From: Paludibacter sp. | GTDB taxonomy: Bacteria; Bacteroidota; Bacteroidia; Bacteroidales; Paludibacteraceae | Length of the DNA: 64,000 nt | Assembly: GCA_013426815.1 (NCBI GenBank) | Contig: JACDZH010000001.1 | Coordinates: forward strand, 14,934-78,933 | Direction of reading: 5' to 3' | Part shown: positions 19,601 through 29,236 of the stretch, one piece after another | How the letters are laid out: each line of letters begins with the position of its first letter | Numbering within the stretch: the stretch's first letter is position 1 | The notes under the pieces: generated by a model | The model's input: only the letters and a program-made list of their open reading frames with translations | What the model was told of the DNA's origin: nothing | Databases searched by the model: none | Translations under genes and position numbers: made by a program

Positions 19601-19724
19601 TAATACCTACCGTTTTGCCGATTACAAAGACAAGGTTATTGAATTGATTCAGCGTGTATGTACTGTCAGTGTGGAAACCATGAAAATTACCGAAGAAATG
19701 AAATTAGAGTTCAAGATTCAATAA
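16626..19724 (+). CDS. Single-chain restriction-modification enzyme: N6-adenine methyltransferase with an N-terminal PD-(D/E)xK-like region and a type ISP-like C-terminal specificity domain; no helicase
   Basis: YPDG...WESKD (nuclease-like), GVIYTP, LDPATGTGTF (motif I), IIGNPPY (motif IV), YRPF, EFPRLPF, YKLGNRSAIEWILDQY; no DEAD/helicase motifs in 1032 aa. Confidence 0.85.
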   Translation: MSKLLINEYYQNLDRTLQYGKSSNEQSIRNHFWHLLNDYARKLNYEVIPEVSVMGTRGKKVYPDGTVKNLWGLDIGLWESKDEKDDIEAEIDAKIVKGYPLTNILFEDSNLAVLFQRGIEVMRVKVRDVDSFDKILTMFIGFKSESVYQFEEAIEKFKADIPIIVETLRTKIMEDRANNAQFIAEQNTFFELCKVEINPSITLDDIREMMIQHILTSDIFNKIFDDPDFHHHNTIASELEKLTATLFTYPERRNLLNSIEHYYQAINSTAAGITDHHEKQKFLKVLYQNFYKVYNPKAADRLGVIYTPNEIVSFMVKSTNYLLHKYFGRTLADHNVEILDPATGTGTFICEIIENAIPKQNLDYKFKNELHANEVAILPYYIANLNIEYTFKQKMQYYAEFPNLCFVDTIDNTGGLVFEGKQHDLFGLSSENSERIKRQNRKKISVIIGNPPYNANQLNENENNKNREYPFIDKRIKDTFIKHSTAQKTKVYDMYARFYRWAMDRIEQNGVLAMITNRSFIDSRTFDGFRKCIQSEFSHCYIIDTLSDVRANPKIAGTTHNVFGIQTGVAIMFLIKKDKQAGNCMIEYVSMDDYWRKEEKLDWLKNNQIENIHFQTIHPDKNNNWINLSEENDWENLIPVADKDVKLGRSKKAIFELFFTGVPTNRDGWVYDLNKNNLINKMNFFSETFNKNLGKNEFDNRLKWSRDLKNELLRGNKSSFNSKYIVQAVYRPFIKQFQYTEKILNDVLTQNHYDVFGSNLNEVNKIICIPGVGIDRPYHCISVKYLPHLQITPNGQCLPAKRYNKANQYVDNITDWGLEQFFTHYDDETITKEDIFHYTYAVLHNPVYREKYKLNLKREFPRLPFYNDFKKWAAWGKSLMELHINYETAKPYNLEVLTFETKTEAKAEVKRQKEMFIVVSEPDELFIRIPKIKPRLKAIKNIGIIEIDDLTFLKGVPSIAWEYKLGNRSAIEWILDQYKEKKPTDPTIADQFNTYRFADYKDKVIELIQRVCTVSVETMKITEEMKLEFKIQ

Positions 19725-19751
19725 AGTGAAATTGTTAAATATATAATATTT

Positions 19752-22637
19752 ATGAAAAAAAATCAATTACTATTTTTATTCGCATTAATTTTCATTCATT
19801 ATGTTTTCGCCCAAACCACTAATCCACTAGCCGTTAAGGAGTATAAACTCAGCAATGGTCTTAGTGTTTGGCTGAACGAAGATCATTCTCAACCAAAAGT
19901 TTTTGGTGCCATTGTTGTAAAAGCCGGTGCAAAAGATTGTCCTAACACCGGTATAGCGCATTATTTTGAGCATATCATGTTTAAAGGTACCGATAAAATT
20001 GGAACTATAAATTATATTGCCGAAAAAGTACTATTGGATTCTATTGCAATAAAATACGATGAATTGGCAATGCAAAAGGATAAGGTAAAACGGTTGCAAA
20101 TTCAAAAAGAAATTAATGCTTTAAGTATTCGATCTGCCGTCTATGCCATACCCAACGAATTTGACCGACTAATTTCGCGCTATGGCGGTAGTAAATTAAA
20201 TGCCGGAACTTCTTATGATTTTACCGTTTACTACAATGAATTTTCGCCTCAATACATTAATCAGTGGTCAGAAATAAACAGCGAACGCCTATTGAATCCT
20301 GTATTTAGGCTCTTTCAAAGTGAATTGGAAACTGTTTACGAAGAAAAAAATATGTACAATGACCGTATGGGTGCTCAGGCTTTTGAAAAAATACTCGAAC
20401 GGTTTTTCACACCGCATCCCTATTCATATCCGGTGATTGGAAGTACCGAAAATCTGAAAAATCCAAGTCTATCGGAGATGAAAAAGTTTTTTGATGCATA
20501 TTATGTGGCAGGAAATATGGGATTAATTCTCAGTGGCGATTTTCAAACCATTGATCTTTTGCCGATTTTAGAAAAAACATTTGCGCGGTTGCGAAGCGGA
20601 AATGCTCCCAATAAGGACATTATTCAACCTAAAGCTTTCAATGGTAAGGAAAGTTTTCAGATTAAACTTTCAATACCACTAGTCAAAATAATGGCTATCG
20701 GATGGAGAGGAGTACCCGTAAACCATCCCGACGAAGTAGCAATAGGCATAATTTCAGGCTTATTGAATAATCAAAACACAACCGGATATTTAGACAAATT
20801 GTCGGTTGACGGAAAAGTAATGCAGGCGCAGTCTATCAGCCAAAGTATGACCGAAGCAGGTTTGATTGGGGTTCTTATAATTCCAAAATTATTCTTTCAG
20901 TCTTACGATAAAGCAAAAAAAATCGTTATGCACGAAGTGGAAAGAGTAAAAACTGGTGATTTTTCGGATGAGATTTTTAATAGCTTAAAAATGGAACAAA
21001 AGCAAAAATATGAAAAAGAACTGGAAAATATTGACTCCCGTGCTCAAAAAATGCTATTACTTTTGGCCGAAGGGAAAAGCTGGAACGATTATTTGAATGA
21101 AGTGAAAGAGATTGACGCTATCACCAAAGAAGATGTAATAAGAGTAGCCAATAAATACCTCACTGAAAACTATCTCGAAATTACTAAGAAAACAGGAAAT
21201 TATCCCAAAGATAATCTTAAAAAACCCGGATTTGCACCTATCATTCCTAAAAACCCGGAGGCAAAATCAGAATATGCCAAAAATCTGGAACAAGTAAAAT
21301 CGTTGGAGGCACATCCTCGTTTTCTCGATTTTGAAAAGGATGTGCAAACTACTAAAATTGCATCTAAAGTGGTTCTCTATACAACTCCTAATCCGCTAAA
21401 TGATATCTTCACACTGACATTGTGTTATGGAAAAGGGACATTAGAATCAAAACTACTTGCGCCGACAACCACCTATATCAATTTGTTAGGATCTGACTCT
21501 CTTACTTTCGATCAATTTAAAAATAAACTGCAAGTAATTGGAAGCACTTTAACCTTTTCAGTAGAAAAAGATAAATTTGAAGCTAATATTTCAGGTTTCG
21601 ATAAGAATTTTAATTCAACACTTACTTTGGTGGGCGATTTTATGAAAAACATAAAAGCCGATGCTAAAAAAATGAAACAGGTCGTTGATGAAGTAAAAGT
21701 TAACAATAAAGCGGAACTGAAATCTCCCGATGATATTGCTGCTGCTTTGCTCGATAAGATTCGTTATGGTAATCAATCGGAATTTTTAAATCGGTTATCA
21801 TTGTCTGAAATTAAAAAACTGAAAGGCGAAGACTTGATTGCTGAATTCAAATCTGTCACCAAAGTAGAATGTGACGTACATTATTGTGGCAATTTATCTG
21901 CCGGAAAAGTTATAGCCGAAATGAATAAAAATTTTGATTTATCTCAAATTACTGTGCCATCTCAAACCCCATTGTATCGTGAATTGCAGCCAGTAAAAAC
22001 TCCTCTAGTTTATTTTATTGACGATCCAGCATCATCTCAAAGCATTGTGTCTGCATATTTGGTTGGTGGAATTAATAAAGATCCGGCAACTCGTTCTGCC
22101 GGAGCACTTTTTAATAATTATTTTGGTGGAAGTATGAGTTCGTTGGTTTTCCAGCAAATACGCGAGTTTCGTTCGTTGGCATATAGGGCAAATGCAAAAT
22201 ATAAACTTTCAACCTATAAACATAAAGATAAAAATGGTCAATTTATAGCCATGCTTTCCACGCAGTGTGACAAAACAACTGATGCGATGAATGTACTCGA
22301 TTCGTTGATAAAGCAGATGCCGGCAAAAGCAGAAAGAGTAGAAACTTCGCAACAAGACCTGGTGAACGATGCCTATAATCAATATCCAACTTTTCGTGAC
22401 CTTTCTTCCACCATTTCTGGATTAAAAAAAGAAGGATACGTGAATGATCCAAACAAGGAATTAATTGATAACGTTACAGTTGTGAATATAAATAACATAG
22501 TGGAATTTTACAACGAAAACATTAAAGGTCGAAACATTGCATACATTGTGGTTGGTAATTCCAAAAAGATAAAAATGGACAAACTGTCCAATTTCGGGGA
22601 AATCGTTAAAGTTAATCCCAAAGAAGTTTTCAAATAA
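19752..22637 (+). CDS. M16 family (insulinase-like) zinc peptidase
   Basis: Signal peptide; GIAHYFEHIMFKG (HxxEH), NAGTSYDFTVY, QQIREFRSLAY; 961 aa. Confidence 0.92.
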   Translation: MKKNQLLFLFALIFIHYVFAQTTNPLAVKEYKLSNGLSVWLNEDHSQPKVFGAIVVKAGAKDCPNTGIAHYFEHIMFKGTDKIGTINYIAEKVLLDSIAIKYDELAMQKDKVKRLQIQKEINALSIRSAVYAIPNEFDRLISRYGGSKLNAGTSYDFTVYYNEFSPQYINQWSEINSERLLNPVFRLFQSELETVYEEKNMYNDRMGAQAFEKILERFFTPHPYSYPVIGSTENLKNPSLSEMKKFFDAYYVAGNMGLILSGDFQTIDLLPILEKTFARLRSGNAPNKDIIQPKAFNGKESFQIKLSIPLVKIMAIGWRGVPVNHPDEVAIGIISGLLNNQNTTGYLDKLSVDGKVMQAQSISQSMTEAGLIGVLIIPKLFFQSYDKAKKIVMHEVERVKTGDFSDEIFNSLKMEQKQKYEKELENIDSRAQKMLLLLAEGKSWNDYLNEVKEIDAITKEDVIRVANKYLTENYLEITKKTGNYPKDNLKKPGFAPIIPKNPEAKSEYAKNLEQVKSLEAHPRFLDFEKDVQTTKIASKVVLYTTPNPLNDIFTLTLCYGKGTLESKLLAPTTTYINLLGSDSLTFDQFKNKLQVIGSTLTFSVEKDKFEANISGFDKNFNSTLTLVGDFMKNIKADAKKMKQVVDEVKVNNKAELKSPDDIAAALLDKIRYGNQSEFLNRLSLSEIKKLKGEDLIAEFKSVTKVECDVHYCGNLSAGKVIAEMNKNFDLSQITVPSQTPLYRELQPVKTPLVYFIDDPASSQSIVSAYLVGGINKDPATRSAGALFNNYFGGSMSSLVFQQIREFRSLAYRANAKYKLSTYKHKDKNGQFIAMLSTQCDKTTDAMNVLDSLIKQMPAKAERVETSQQDLVNDAYNQYPTFRDLSSTISGLKKEGYVNDPNKELIDNVTVVNINNIVEFYNENIKGRNIAYIVVGNSKKIKMDKLSNFGEIVKVNPKEVFK

Positions 22638-22690
22638 ATAACACAGGATCTAAAATACAGTTACAAATTGAACATTAAAATCAATATTCA

Positions 22691-23881
22691 ATGATAAAAA
22701 AAATGCTTGTATTAGGAACAGTTATTTTGAGCAGCTTTTCTGCAATAGCTCAGGATTCTACCGCAGTTGACAGTTTCAAATTTACAGTACTGAAGCAAAA
22801 TAAAATTTCAACGGTTAAAAATCAAGCGAGTTCAGGTACATGTTGGAGTTTTTCTACTTTGGGATTTTTAGAGGCAGAATTGTTGCGCATGGGTAAACCG
22901 GAAGTCGATTTGTCCGAAATGTTTGTCGTGCATCATTCGTATACCGACAAAGCCGATAAATACGTTCGCATGAATGGCACCATCAATTTTGCATGTGGTG
23001 GTTCATTTTCGGATGTTATTTATGTGCTTAAGAATTACGGAATTGTGCCCGAATCTGCCATGAGCGGCCTCAATTATGGTGAAGACTAGCATCGTCACGG
23101 CGAATTGGATGCACTTATCGCTGCATATACCAAAGTAATAGTTTCAAATCCAAACAAAAAACTTTCTACTGCATGGAAAGCCGGTTTTGAAGGGGTTCTA
23201 GATGCTTATTTAGGCTCTTGTCCTAAAGAATTTACCATGGATGGAAAGAAATATTCACCAACCACTTATGAACAATCTTTGGGATTAAATCTCGACGATT
23301 ATGTTTCATTGACATCATTTACGCATCATCCTTTTTATATGAAATTTATTATCGAAATACCCGATAACTGGCGTTGGGAAGAATCTTATAATTTGCCACT
23401 CGATGAGTTTAAAAGTATAATAGATAATGCGATAGATAAAGGATATTGTATAGCTTGGGGTTCGGATGTGAGCGAAAAAGGGTTTTCAAAAAAAGGCATT
23501 GCCGTAAATCCCGAAATCAAAGTTGAAAACATGCAAGGAACAAATCAGGCACGTTGGTTAGGCATTTCCGATAAAGACAGGGAAGAAAAAATATACAAGA
23601 ATTTGAAACCTCAACCCGAAGTGAAAGTTACACAGGAAATTCGTCAGGCGGCATTCGATAACTATCAAACTACCGACGACCACGGAATGGTAATATTTGG
23701 TACTGCAAAAGATCAAAACGGAACAAAGTATTATTTGGTAAAAAACTCTTGGGGAACCGATTCAAAATACAAAGGAATTTGGTACGCCAGTGAATCATTC
23801 GTTTTACACAAAACCATCAATATTCTTGTACATAAAAATGCAATTCCAAAAGAAATTCAAAAGAAATTAGGATACAAATAA
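22691..23881 (+). pseudogene. C1 family cysteine aminopeptidase (aminopeptidase C/bleomycin-hydrolase-like) split by a single in-frame TAG at 23087-23089
   Basis: The two ORFs are in the same frame and read NYGED*HRHGELDAL. Catalytic elements are intact: QASSGTCWSF, DDHGM, KNSWG. Confidence 0.8.
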
Positions 23882-23968
23882 TCGTTTAAACTGCTTATTC
23901 CATCTCGTTGGTCGGGATTATCGCATTGGTTCATCGATTTTGTTTTGTTTTATGCACCTGAATACCTG

Positions 23969-23976
23969 TATCTTTG
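23969..23976 (+). promoter_or_regulatory. Bacteroidetes -7 box TATCTTTG, with a TTTG -33 element at 23944-23947
   Basis: Consensus match, 21-nt spacing, 28 nt upstream of the ATG at 24005. Confidence 0.6.
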
Positions 23977-24004
23977 CCCTATAAATTTTTAAAAAATAAT
24001 TTTT

Positions 24005-24790
24005 ATGGAAAATGAAGAAAAAAATACGTTCAGTTCGGGTTATTCCAAAAGTCTTGGTTTTGGATTAGTTTTAATGTTTATTGGCATTGTATTTCTTGGG
24101 TTTAATTTTGGTTTGATCCCTTATGCAATGAAAAGTGTAATTATTTCATGGCAAATGTTGCTTATTTTAATAGGTGTTATACACTTATTTAAACAACGAT
24201 TTATTTCGGGTACGGTATTAATTTTTGTGGGTGGTTTTTTTATTATTCCAAAAATTATACCGGGACTAGATGTTAACTTTGTTCACGTCTTTTGGCCACT
24301 TTTGCTTATTGGCGCGGGAATTGTAATTTTATTGCAACGGCTTTTCGGTGCTAATTGGAGTCACGAAACATGGACAAGAGATTGGCAAACACGTGGTCAT
24401 AGGATGCGACACAAACATTACCGTTATTATTCTAATTCCAATGTGAAAGGTAATACCGAAGGATTTTCGAAAAACAGTGTTTTTGCCAGTGGCGATCATA
24501 TTGTGCTCGATCCCGAATTCAAAGGTGGCGAACTCAATGCAGTTTTTGGCGGTCTTTCGTTAGATTTACGCAGAACAAATCTTCCCGTTGGTGAAACCCG
24601 ATTGGATGTGAATGCTGTTTTTGGTGGAATTACCATTTTTGTACCTGCCGATTGGTATATCGAAACGCATTTAGATGCTGTTTTTGGAGGTTTTAAAGAT
24701 AACAGAATGCCTAAAGAACCGCTTGACACAACTAAAAAACTGATTATCACCGGCTCGTGTGTGTTTGGTGGTGGTGAAATTAGAAATTAA
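24005..24790 (+). CDS. LiaF-like membrane protein (N-terminal TM bundle plus C-terminal DUF2154-like beta repeat)
   Basis: Four hydrophobic segments ending WPLLLIGAG, then NAVFGG/LDLRR/DVNAVFGGITIFVP/CVFGGGEIRN repeats. Confidence 0.8.
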   Translation: MENEEKNTFSSGYSKSLGFGLVLMFIGIVFLGFNFGLIPYAMKSVIISWQMLLILIGVIHLFKQRFISGTVLIFVGGFFIIPKIIPGLDVNFVHVFWPLLLIGAGIVILLQRLFGANWSHETWTRDWQTRGHRMRHKHYRYYSNSNVKGNTEGFSKNSVFASGDHIVLDPEFKGGELNAVFGGLSLDLRRTNLPVGETRLDVNAVFGGITIFVPADWYIETHLDAVFGGFKDNRMPKEPLDTTKKLIITGSCVFGGGEIRN

Positions 24791-24898
24791 TGAATTTGAA
24801 GGGTTTGATTCAGCGCAAACCATTCAAAACTCTCAAATGGTAGCGAAGCGGACATCACGCTTTTGCGGGACTCTTCAAACCTTCAAACCCTTTAACCT

Positions 24899-25723
24899 TT
24901 GAATATGTTTTCATTTCTTGAAGATACATCTAAAACAGTTCAGTATATACTACTTTGGTTAGCTTTTGCAATAATACTAACCATCGTTTTTTATTCAATT
25001 GTGGCACTACCGGTTTGGATGATACTAATTGACAGTGTGATGCATGCCTTGATTTTTGGGCTACTTGGATTGTTACTTTGGAATGTAGTAAAATATGGTA
25101 ATTTTCATGCACTCACAGTCTATCAACGAATGGTAAATCATGTTGCATTAGCATTTTTAAGTATTGCTATTTGGTTGAGTGGTGGTTACGGTTTATTCTT
25201 ATTGATTTTTGGAGCTGATTCTGCCTCTCAATTCATTCCGTTTTTACCCATCCGTGGTTTTATTGGATTACTGGTTTATTTGCTTATAGTGCAACATTTT
25301 AGATTTTTATTGAATGACTTAGATTCTAATGTAATAACATCTGATTTGTTACAAGTTGTAGAAACTGAGAAACAAAAGACGCAAAATACCGAAGTATTGG
25401 AACGAATAGCGGTAAAATCAGGGGCGAAAATTCACGTAGTTTTGGTTACTGATATATTTTTTTTACAGGCTGATGGCGATTATGTACAAATATTTACTGT
25501 ACAGGGAAAATACCTGAAAGAACAAACCATGAAATTTTTCGAAGAACATTTACCCGAAAATCAATTTGTACGGGTACATCGGTCAGTAATTGTAAATGTT
25601 GAAATGATTTCACGAATTGAACTATACGAAAAGCAAAACCAACTGCTTACACTCAAAAATGGACAGCAAATTAAAACCAGTTCTTCAGGATACAAAGCAC
25701 TCAGAATGGCGTTAAATTTGTAA
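24899..25723 (+). CDS. Membrane-anchored LytTR-family transcriptional regulator
   Basis: Four TM helices, no receiver domain; C-terminal RIAVKSG..IHVV...LQADGDYV...FVRVHRSVIVN LytTR motifs. Confidence 0.85.
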   Translation: MNMFSFLEDTSKTVQYILLWLAFAIILTIVFYSIVALPVWMILIDSVMHALIFGLLGLLLWNVVKYGNFHALTVYQRMVNHVALAFLSIAIWLSGGYGLFLLIFGADSASQFIPFLPIRGFIGLLVYLLIVQHFRFLLNDLDSNVITSDLLQVVETEKQKTQNTEVLERIAVKSGAKIHVVLVTDIFFLQADGDYVQIFTVQGKYLKEQTMKFFEEHLPENQFVRVHRSVIVNVEMISRIELYEKQNQLLTLKNGQQIKTSSSGYKALRMALNL

Positions 25724-25944
25724 GTTATATAATAATTTTAACCCATTTTGAAGCATAATAGTACCAAAATGGTGAAATTCGGTCTGTTTTAAATCTTAAA
25801 TTGAACATCTAAGAAAGGTATGCTGAAATACTATAATATTGTTGATATTCAATAGAATAGTGTTATATTTTTTATTTATATGCAAACTTTTTGAAAATTA
25901 ATGTTCGTTTTCCTTGCACTACATTATCCTTTTGCAACCAAATA

Positions 25945-26170
25945 ATCCTGAAAGGATTTAATGTGAGCCAACAGTCGGCGCAGCCAATAAGCGATTGTAA
26001 AACAGTCGGACTAGAATAGTACTAAGAGTAAGTGCACTGAAAAAGGGTTCATTAAAAATATATTAAGATATTATTCAACCCACTTCGGGGCTGATATTTT
26101 GGGTTATTAAAAATCCCTACGTATCGCTGTGCTCACTTGGGGTTAATCACATTTAGCCACTTTGTGGCAA
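25945..26170. repeat. Possible degenerate MITE/REP-like repeat element
   Basis: GC-richer palindromic fragments (CAACCCACTTCGGGGCTG, CCCTACGTATCGCTGTGCTCACTTGGGGTT, GCCACTTTGTGGC) in non-coding DNA; family resemblance from memory only. Confidence 0.3.
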
Positions 26171-26369
26171 TTAGGATTTTTTCAGCAATCTAATTATACA
26201 ACAATCTTTAAAATTATCAGATGCTTTTAGCACAACAACATTTTCGTCTTTAACCAACACTGTGTAAAATGTGTGTATGTCTCGTAATATGCTGAAGATT
26301 TCCATTTAAACACATAAATTTCCTCATCGCTCTTTCAGATAAGTTAACCATGCATAACTTGAGAATATT

Positions 26370-26832
26370 ACTTTCTGATTGGTTTTATAAAAAAGCTGAA
26401 TTCATAATCCTGATACTTTAAACGATATTCACTTTGAGCAATTGCCCCCCCCCAACTATTTTCGCAAGCCAGCCCATTTGCATTTTATGAATACAAAAAT
26501 TTGTCAGATTTGCTTCCGGAACTTCCTGTGAGTGACGATAGTGTTTAAAATCGCCATCATCCAACGATTGTATGGTATAATGTAAAGCGGAAGCCGAAAA
26601 TGGGGTGACAGCATCAAATTCTAACCCTTTTCCTTGTGAATTCAATAGTTTCCACTAACGAATGTCCGTTTTTGTGCCCGTTTCCTGTGGTCTAACGTAG
26701 GGATAGAATTGTTCTGCAACTGTTTGATTATAAAGCCCCAAAAACTGTGAGTTGTTGCCATTCCACTTTTTGGGCAAATACAAATGAATGAGATACAAAA
26801 AAAAGAATTGCAAATAAGAAATACTTTTTCAT
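26370..26832 (-). pseudogene. Internally deleted GH2 beta-galactosidase (LacZ-type) relic
   Basis: Signal peptide MKKYFLFAILFFVSHSFVFAQKVEWQ joined out of frame to the LacZ small-chain C-terminus GLYNQTVAEQFYPYVRPQETGTKTDIR*W...FSASALHY...MQMG/LACENSWG...YRLKYQDYEFSF, with a TAG and a frameshift. Confidence 0.8.
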
Positions 26833-26926
26833 GTGTTTAAAATTTATTTTTTAAGGTCATATTGAACTCGCACATAAACAGATACATGAGTATCAAAATT
26901 TATTAGTTGTGCATGTTTCATGAAAT

Positions 26927-29164
26927 TTATTTTAGTTTTAATTTATCTTCCAAATAAGAATTGTCATTTCCCATTTTTTCAATTTCAAACAATCTACTAT
27001 CGTATTTCTTATTCAATTTTACTATGAAACCTTTTTCAAGCAAATCCTTGCCTGACATTTGTGCAATTTTCTTATGAATTGGAGCTTCTTTTATGGTGTA
27101 TATTGCTGTTGGATTTAACCCTTGCACAGAGATAGTTCGTTCAGAATCCAGCGATCCCTGTTTAAAAACGCCAACAATTCCACCTTGTTTAGTATCGGTA
27201 TTTATTCTCGACCAACCATCCCAGTTGCTTTCGGCAGGTTCACCAAAGCCCGACAAATCCTGTCGGTATAAATCATAGTCATATTTCTTTTGCATCAATT
27301 TCATCCAATTTGTCCAAGTTTTTATTTCGGCACGTTTAGCCGGACTAAGTTTGGTTGGGTCGCCCAAAATTATAGGGAAAGAACCAATTAGGGCTTTCAA
27401 TTCTTGAATAAACTCTGGACTATCGATACATAAATTACCAATTAACATTGTTGAAGCAGGAATAACAGGCGATTTCCACCAGGTAAGATTGCGAAGCCTG
27501 AAAGCTCCAACCGGAAACGGTTCTTCTACATTGGTAAGCCAGTTACCTTCGGCATGTTGACAAAAAGCATAATCGATTAATTGCATTTTTCCGGTTACTT
27601 CAAATGTGCAATCGATATACAAATCGGGGAATTTTTCGTGCAATGAATCAAACACCTCAAAAAGTCGTTCGTAAATTACGATAAATGATTCTTGTTTGTC
27701 CTTGTGGTACGGATGATTGGTGGCACAACAACCCGAATGACTAATGGAATTAACATAAGCACTTGTAAGTACTGCAAGATCAAGTTTAACATATTTGAGG
27801 TTCCCTTCTCTGATAATTTCTGAGATTTTATTATCAATATGATCCTTCCAATCGGTTCCAAAACACATGGTGGCCAAATCGGCTTTACCGGAATGCATGT
27901 TTGCCGATTCACCTTTCACATTTCTTACTGTCCATTCGGGATGGTCGAAATACACTTTGGCAATTTCTTTTGAAACAGTACCAACACTAATCCACAATCC
28001 GGTATTCAGACCCATTTTTTTGTATTCAGTAGCCATTGTACCGAGACCTTTTGGAAATTTAAATTTATCCACTATCCAGTCTCCCATGTTGGCAAGTCCA
28101 TTCCATGCAGGTTCCTGAGGTTTGCCACCTTCGGCAACTGAATACCAGCCCACATCAATAGTAAATAGCTGAAAACCACATTCAGCAGCAGCTTTACCCA
28201 CTCTAATAGCCATTGTATCGCTTACTACAGCACGAAAAGGCACCCAGGTATTTGAAACTACAAGAGGTCGGTTCTTAAACTCATTTATGCGAAGTCCCAA
28301 ATGCCGGCGAACGAAATCAGCCAGCGTAGTATTCATAATTTTCCAGGGATCAGAGTTGTTGCTGTATGGTATAACAAATGCTTTCGGACTTGCCCACTTT
28401 TCGCCGGCTTTGATGTATTTTCGAAACGGATAAAGATCGTTGGTATGAGTTAAACCAATATTGACGTCGTTCTGAATGGTGTTGTAAGCTATACGTTTCA
28501 ACACACCTGGAGACTCATTACCTGCAATAATCCCTGCATTGTATTGATACGAGTGTACAGCAAGAATAGGATCATCCCAGTTGCCAATGTAAGTTCCTAA
28601 ATGCTTTTGGCGACCATAACTTGCATAACATACCGATTCGATATAATTGAAGTTCATAATCAGCTTCTCAACATCCAATTCTTCCAACATTATTTCTTTT
28701 TCGGAAGTATTGTAAATAGTTATTTGCTTGCGTATTACAGGTAAATTGTGGTAAAGCAAATAAGTTACATCCAGTTGAACACCACTAAAGTCGTTGATTC
28801 CTTCTAACCTTAACGTAGCACCATTCCCCTGATATTTATCAGATGCTTCTGTTATTGAAATGAGTTTCCAACCTGCTAAGCCCGAAAATTTCTTTCCATT
28901 TATGTTGAAAGAAAACTCTTCTGATCTTCCATTAAAGTTCAAATCTGAAGTTTTAATTTTCAATGATTTAGTAAGCACTTTACCACTTAAAACACTGATT
29001 TGACGATTAATAAGCCCATTATCGAGCGTAAGTTCATTGGCTGTCCACTTTGCATAAGTATCCGCACAGGAACTTGTGATCGACATCAAGAAAAAAAATA
29101 TTGTAAACCCTAGTTTCAAAAAACCTGAACCATGAAATTGAAAAAAATTGATATTGTTTGTCAT
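26927..29164 (-). CDS. GH36-like alpha-galactosidase (melibiase family)
   Basis: NTWVPF, FTIDVGWY, GDWIVDKFKFPKGL, GLWIS, YVKLDL, DLYIDC motifs. The ATG at 29164 is preferred over the TTG at 29197. Confidence 0.78.
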   Translation of the reverse strand: MTNNINFFQFHGSGFLKLGFTIFFFLMSITSSCADTYAKWTANELTLDNGLINRQISVLSGKVLTKSLKIKTSDLNFNGRSEEFSFNINGKKFSGLAGWKLISITEASDKYQGNGATLRLEGINDFSGVQLDVTYLLYHNLPVIRKQITIYNTSEKEIMLEELDVEKLIMNFNYIESVCYASYGRQKHLGTYIGNWDDPILAVHSYQYNAGIIAGNESPGVLKRIAYNTIQNDVNIGLTHTNDLYPFRKYIKAGEKWASPKAFVIPYSNNSDPWKIMNTTLADFVRRHLGLRINEFKNRPLVVSNTWVPFRAVVSDTMAIRVGKAAAECGFQLFTIDVGWYSVAEGGKPQEPAWNGLANMGDWIVDKFKFPKGLGTMATEYKKMGLNTGLWISVGTVSKEIAKVYFDHPEWTVRNVKGESANMHSGKADLATMCFGTDWKDHIDNKISEIIREGNLKYVKLDLAVLTSAYVNSISHSGCCATNHPYHKDKQESFIVIYERLFEVFDSLHEKFPDLYIDCTFEVTGKMQLIDYAFCQHAEGNWLTNVEEPFPVGAFRLRNLTWWKSPVIPASTMLIGNLCIDSPEFIQELKALIGSFPIILGDPTKLSPAKRAEIKTWTNWMKLMQKKYDYDLYRQDLSGFGEPAESNWDGWSRINTDTKQGGIVGVFKQGSLDSERTISVQGLNPTAIYTIKEAPIHKKIAQMSGKDLLEKGFIVKLNKKYDSRLFEIEKMGNDNSYLEDKLKLK

Positions 29165-29236
29165 TTTTATTAATTTTAAATTGAATTTTGGTGTCAAATT
29201 ACCTTATTACATTTTCGCATTTCTTCAAATTTTATA

